A stretch of 64,000 nucleotides of DNA, taken from NCBI GenBank assembly GCA_963818475.1, contig CAWFSF010000003.1:32001-96000 (forward strand), given 5' to 3'. This document shows, piece after piece, positions 62,076 to 64,000 of this stretch (within the stretch, counting starts at the first letter, position 1; every line of letters starts with the position of its first letter). The translations under genes and the position numbers were made by a program. This DNA comes from Nitrospirota bacterium (GTDB lineage Bacteria; Nitrospirota; UBA9217). Below the pieces are notes generated by a model. It was not told the DNA's origin. It made no database searches and saw nothing but the letters and a program-made list of their open reading frames with translations.

Positions 62076-62249
62076 CCCCTCACCTTTATCCTCTCCCCGA
62101 GCGAAGAGGGCAGGGGGAGGGGGACTTTCCTGCCTGTAAAATTTGAGGCATACGTAAAAAGTCAAAATCTACCACAGAGACACGGAGACACGGAGAAAGT
62201 CGATTTGAAAACGTTACTGCTTTTCTCTGTGACCTCCGTGCCCTGTGGT
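62076..62249. repeat. Two adjacent REP-like elements (CCCCTCACC...CTCTCCC type and ACCACAGAG type)
   Basis: Match the copies at about 60833-60868 and 6248-6325. Confidence 0.65.
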
Positions 62250-62367
62250 GAAAAAAGGTTTGTTACGATTTTATCAATTTGCGAATCTTGCGTTCAATCT
62301 TTGCTATATTGATTGGTGGGCTGCGGTTGGATTGCGATGAGATCGGTGGGCGGGTGGGCCGGCCAGG

Positions 62368-64000
62368 TCAGGAACGCCGCTCGCCCGGCTTTTTGTCCAG
62401 GGCTGCGCGAACGGCAGCGACAAGCTCCTCGGGCAGAAATGGTTTGGAAAGGAAATCATGCCCTTCGGCATGCACCCGTTTGCTGTCGATAATGTCCGCG
62501 GTGTAGCCGCTCATGAACAGCACCTTGACGTCCGGCCTGGCCGAGCTCGCCGCGTCATAGACCTCGCGTCCGTTCTTCTTCGGCATGATCACATCGAGCA
62601 GCAGCAGCTGGATCCGGTCTTTGTTCTCGGCATATTTGCGCAAGGCGTCCTCGCCGTCCATGGCCTCGATGACCTGGTACCCGGCATCCCGAAGCGAGCT
62701 GCTCGCCATGCGCAGCACTTCCGGGCTGTCTTCGGCAACGAGGACGGTCTCGGTCCCGCGCGTCGGGGCCGCTGCTGCTGCCGGCTTCAGGGCGCTGGCA
62801 GGAAAGGGGATCATAGGCAGATAGACCCTGAAGGTCGAGCCGCCTCCGGGCCTGCTTGCCACATCGACAAAACCGCCATGCTGCTTGACGATGCCGTACA
62901 CGATCGACAGGCCGAGGCCCGTTCCCTTGCCGACCTCCTTGGTCGTATAAAAGGGGTCGAAGATCTTCTCCCGCATGCGCTCGTCCATGCCCGTGCCCGT
63001 GTCCGTGACCGAAAGCAGACCGTAGCTGCCCGGCCTGCCGATCCCCTGGTCCCCGGCCAAAGACTCGTCAAGGTCCGTGCGTTCCGTGGCAATGGTCAGG
63101 GTCCCGCCGTTCGGCATGGCGTCCCGCGCATTGGAGCAGAGGTTCATCAGGATCTGCTCGGTCTGGCCCCGGTCCGCCATGACGATGAGCTCGCCTGCGG
63201 CCGGGATCGTGACCAGCTCCACATCCTCGCCGATGATCCGAAGCAGCAGCTTCTCGACGCCCGACACGATCTCGTTCAGATCCACTGGCCCGGGCGAGAT
63301 CGCCTGTTTCCGGCTGAAGGCGAGCAGGCTCCTGGTCAGGTTCGCTCCCCGTTTGGCCGCCGCGGCGATGTGGTCGCTCACCGTTGCCAGTGCCTCGTCG
63401 TGCTGCAGCTTTTTTTTCAGGATTTCGGCGTAGCCGAGCACGGCGGTCAGGATATTGTTGAAGTCATGGGCGATCCCGCCGGTCAGCGTTCCCACTGCCT
63501 CCATTTTCTGCGCCTGGTTAAGCTGTTCTTCGAGCTTGCGCTTGGCCGTGATGTTATGGATGATCTCGATGGCCGACACGACCGTGCCGGCCTTGTTCCG
63601 CATGGGAAAGGACTTTGTCTCCACAAAGACCTCATCACCCCGGCTGTCATGGTGCGTATGCAGGGCAGTGTGGGATTTCCCCGTTTCAAAGGTCTTCCGC
63701 ACCGTGCACTCCTCGCCGGTCTCATAACAGGGCTGCTGCTGCTTGTGCGAAACCTCGTAGCAGTGCTTGCCGATGATATCGTCCACGTCCATTTTCACCT
63801 GGGCTGCGTAGGCGTGGTTCGCCATGAGGATCCGGAAGTCCCGGCCGATGACCACAAACGCCTCATCCACTGCCTCCAGCACGTTCTTCACAAATTCTTC
63901 GGCATGCTTTCGCTCGGTGATGTCCAGGATCATCCCGGAGAGCGTATCTTTGTCAAGGGTGGCGCTGATCAAAACGTTCTTGATCCCGCCTGAACGCGTC
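62368..64000 (-). CDS. PAS-domain hybrid histidine kinase/response regulator; 5' end outside the window
   Basis: PAS, GGIAHDFNNIL, GKGTGLGL, C-terminal REC. Confidence 0.9.
   Translation of the reverse strand, partial: TRSGGIKNVLISATLDKDTLSGMILDITERKHAEEFVKNVLEAVDEAFVVIGRDFRILMANHAYAAQVKMDVDDIIGKHCYEVSHKQQQPCYETGEECTVRKTFETGKSHTALHTHHDSRGDEVFVETKSFPMRNKAGTVVSAIEIIHNITAKRKLEEQLNQAQKMEAVGTLTGGIAHDFNNILTAVLGYAEILKKKLQHDEALATVSDHIAAAAKRGANLTRSLLAFSRKQAISPGPVDLNEIVSGVEKLLLRIIGEDVELVTIPAAGELIVMADRGQTEQILMNLCSNARDAMPNGGTLTIATERTDLDESLAGDQGIGRPGSYGLLSVTDTGTGMDERMREKIFDPFYTTKEVGKGTGLGLSIVYGIVKQHGGFVDVASRPGGGSTFRVYLPMIPFPASALKPAAAAAPTRGTETVLVAEDSPEVLRMASSSLRDAGYQVIEAMDGEDALRKYAENKDRIQLLLLDVIMPKKNGREVYDAASSARPDVKVLFMSGYTADIIDSKRVHAEGHDFLSKPFLPEELVAAVRAALDKKPGERRS

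Noticed and set aside
1-64000. tRNA or rRNA genes, prophage structural genes
   Set aside because: None recognised by eye; a tRNAscan or Infernal run would be needed to exclude them fully.

Overview
GC-rich bacterial genomic window. The gene content suggests an anaerobe of Nitrospirota or Desulfobacterota type, which is inference. Many genes are split by single-base frameshifts, probably long-read assembly errors. Left part (1-16.2 kb): 5' end of a Type IIG restriction-modification gene, an XRE regulator, a polyamine operon (speD-speE-decarboxylase) preceded by a candidate 41-codon leader peptide, signalling genes and a RACo/ASKHA-domain Fe-S gene. Middle (about 16.2-48 kb): a variable patchwork region with three clusters of integron-type attC cassettes but no integron integrase, a PIN toxin-antitoxin pair, a tyrosine recombinase + IS91-family transposase element, an IS1202/ISNCY-type IS with a 20-bp target duplication, a split methyltransferase + PD-(D/E)XK pair, two-component genes and a large structured non-coding repeat. 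It also holds a seven-gene ECF sigma module with a CBM48-type anti-sigma, Met-rich exported proteins and three copies of its own promoter motif. Right part: TolB/BamA-like protein, RCC1-repeat surface protein, group II intron 3' remnant, TerC, rhodanese, P-type ATPase and a hybrid kinase. The strongest candidates for undescribed biology are the ECF/CBM48/Met-rich regulon, the speD leader peptide, the split MTase-nuclease pair and the dispersed cassette arrays tied to duplicated gene ends.
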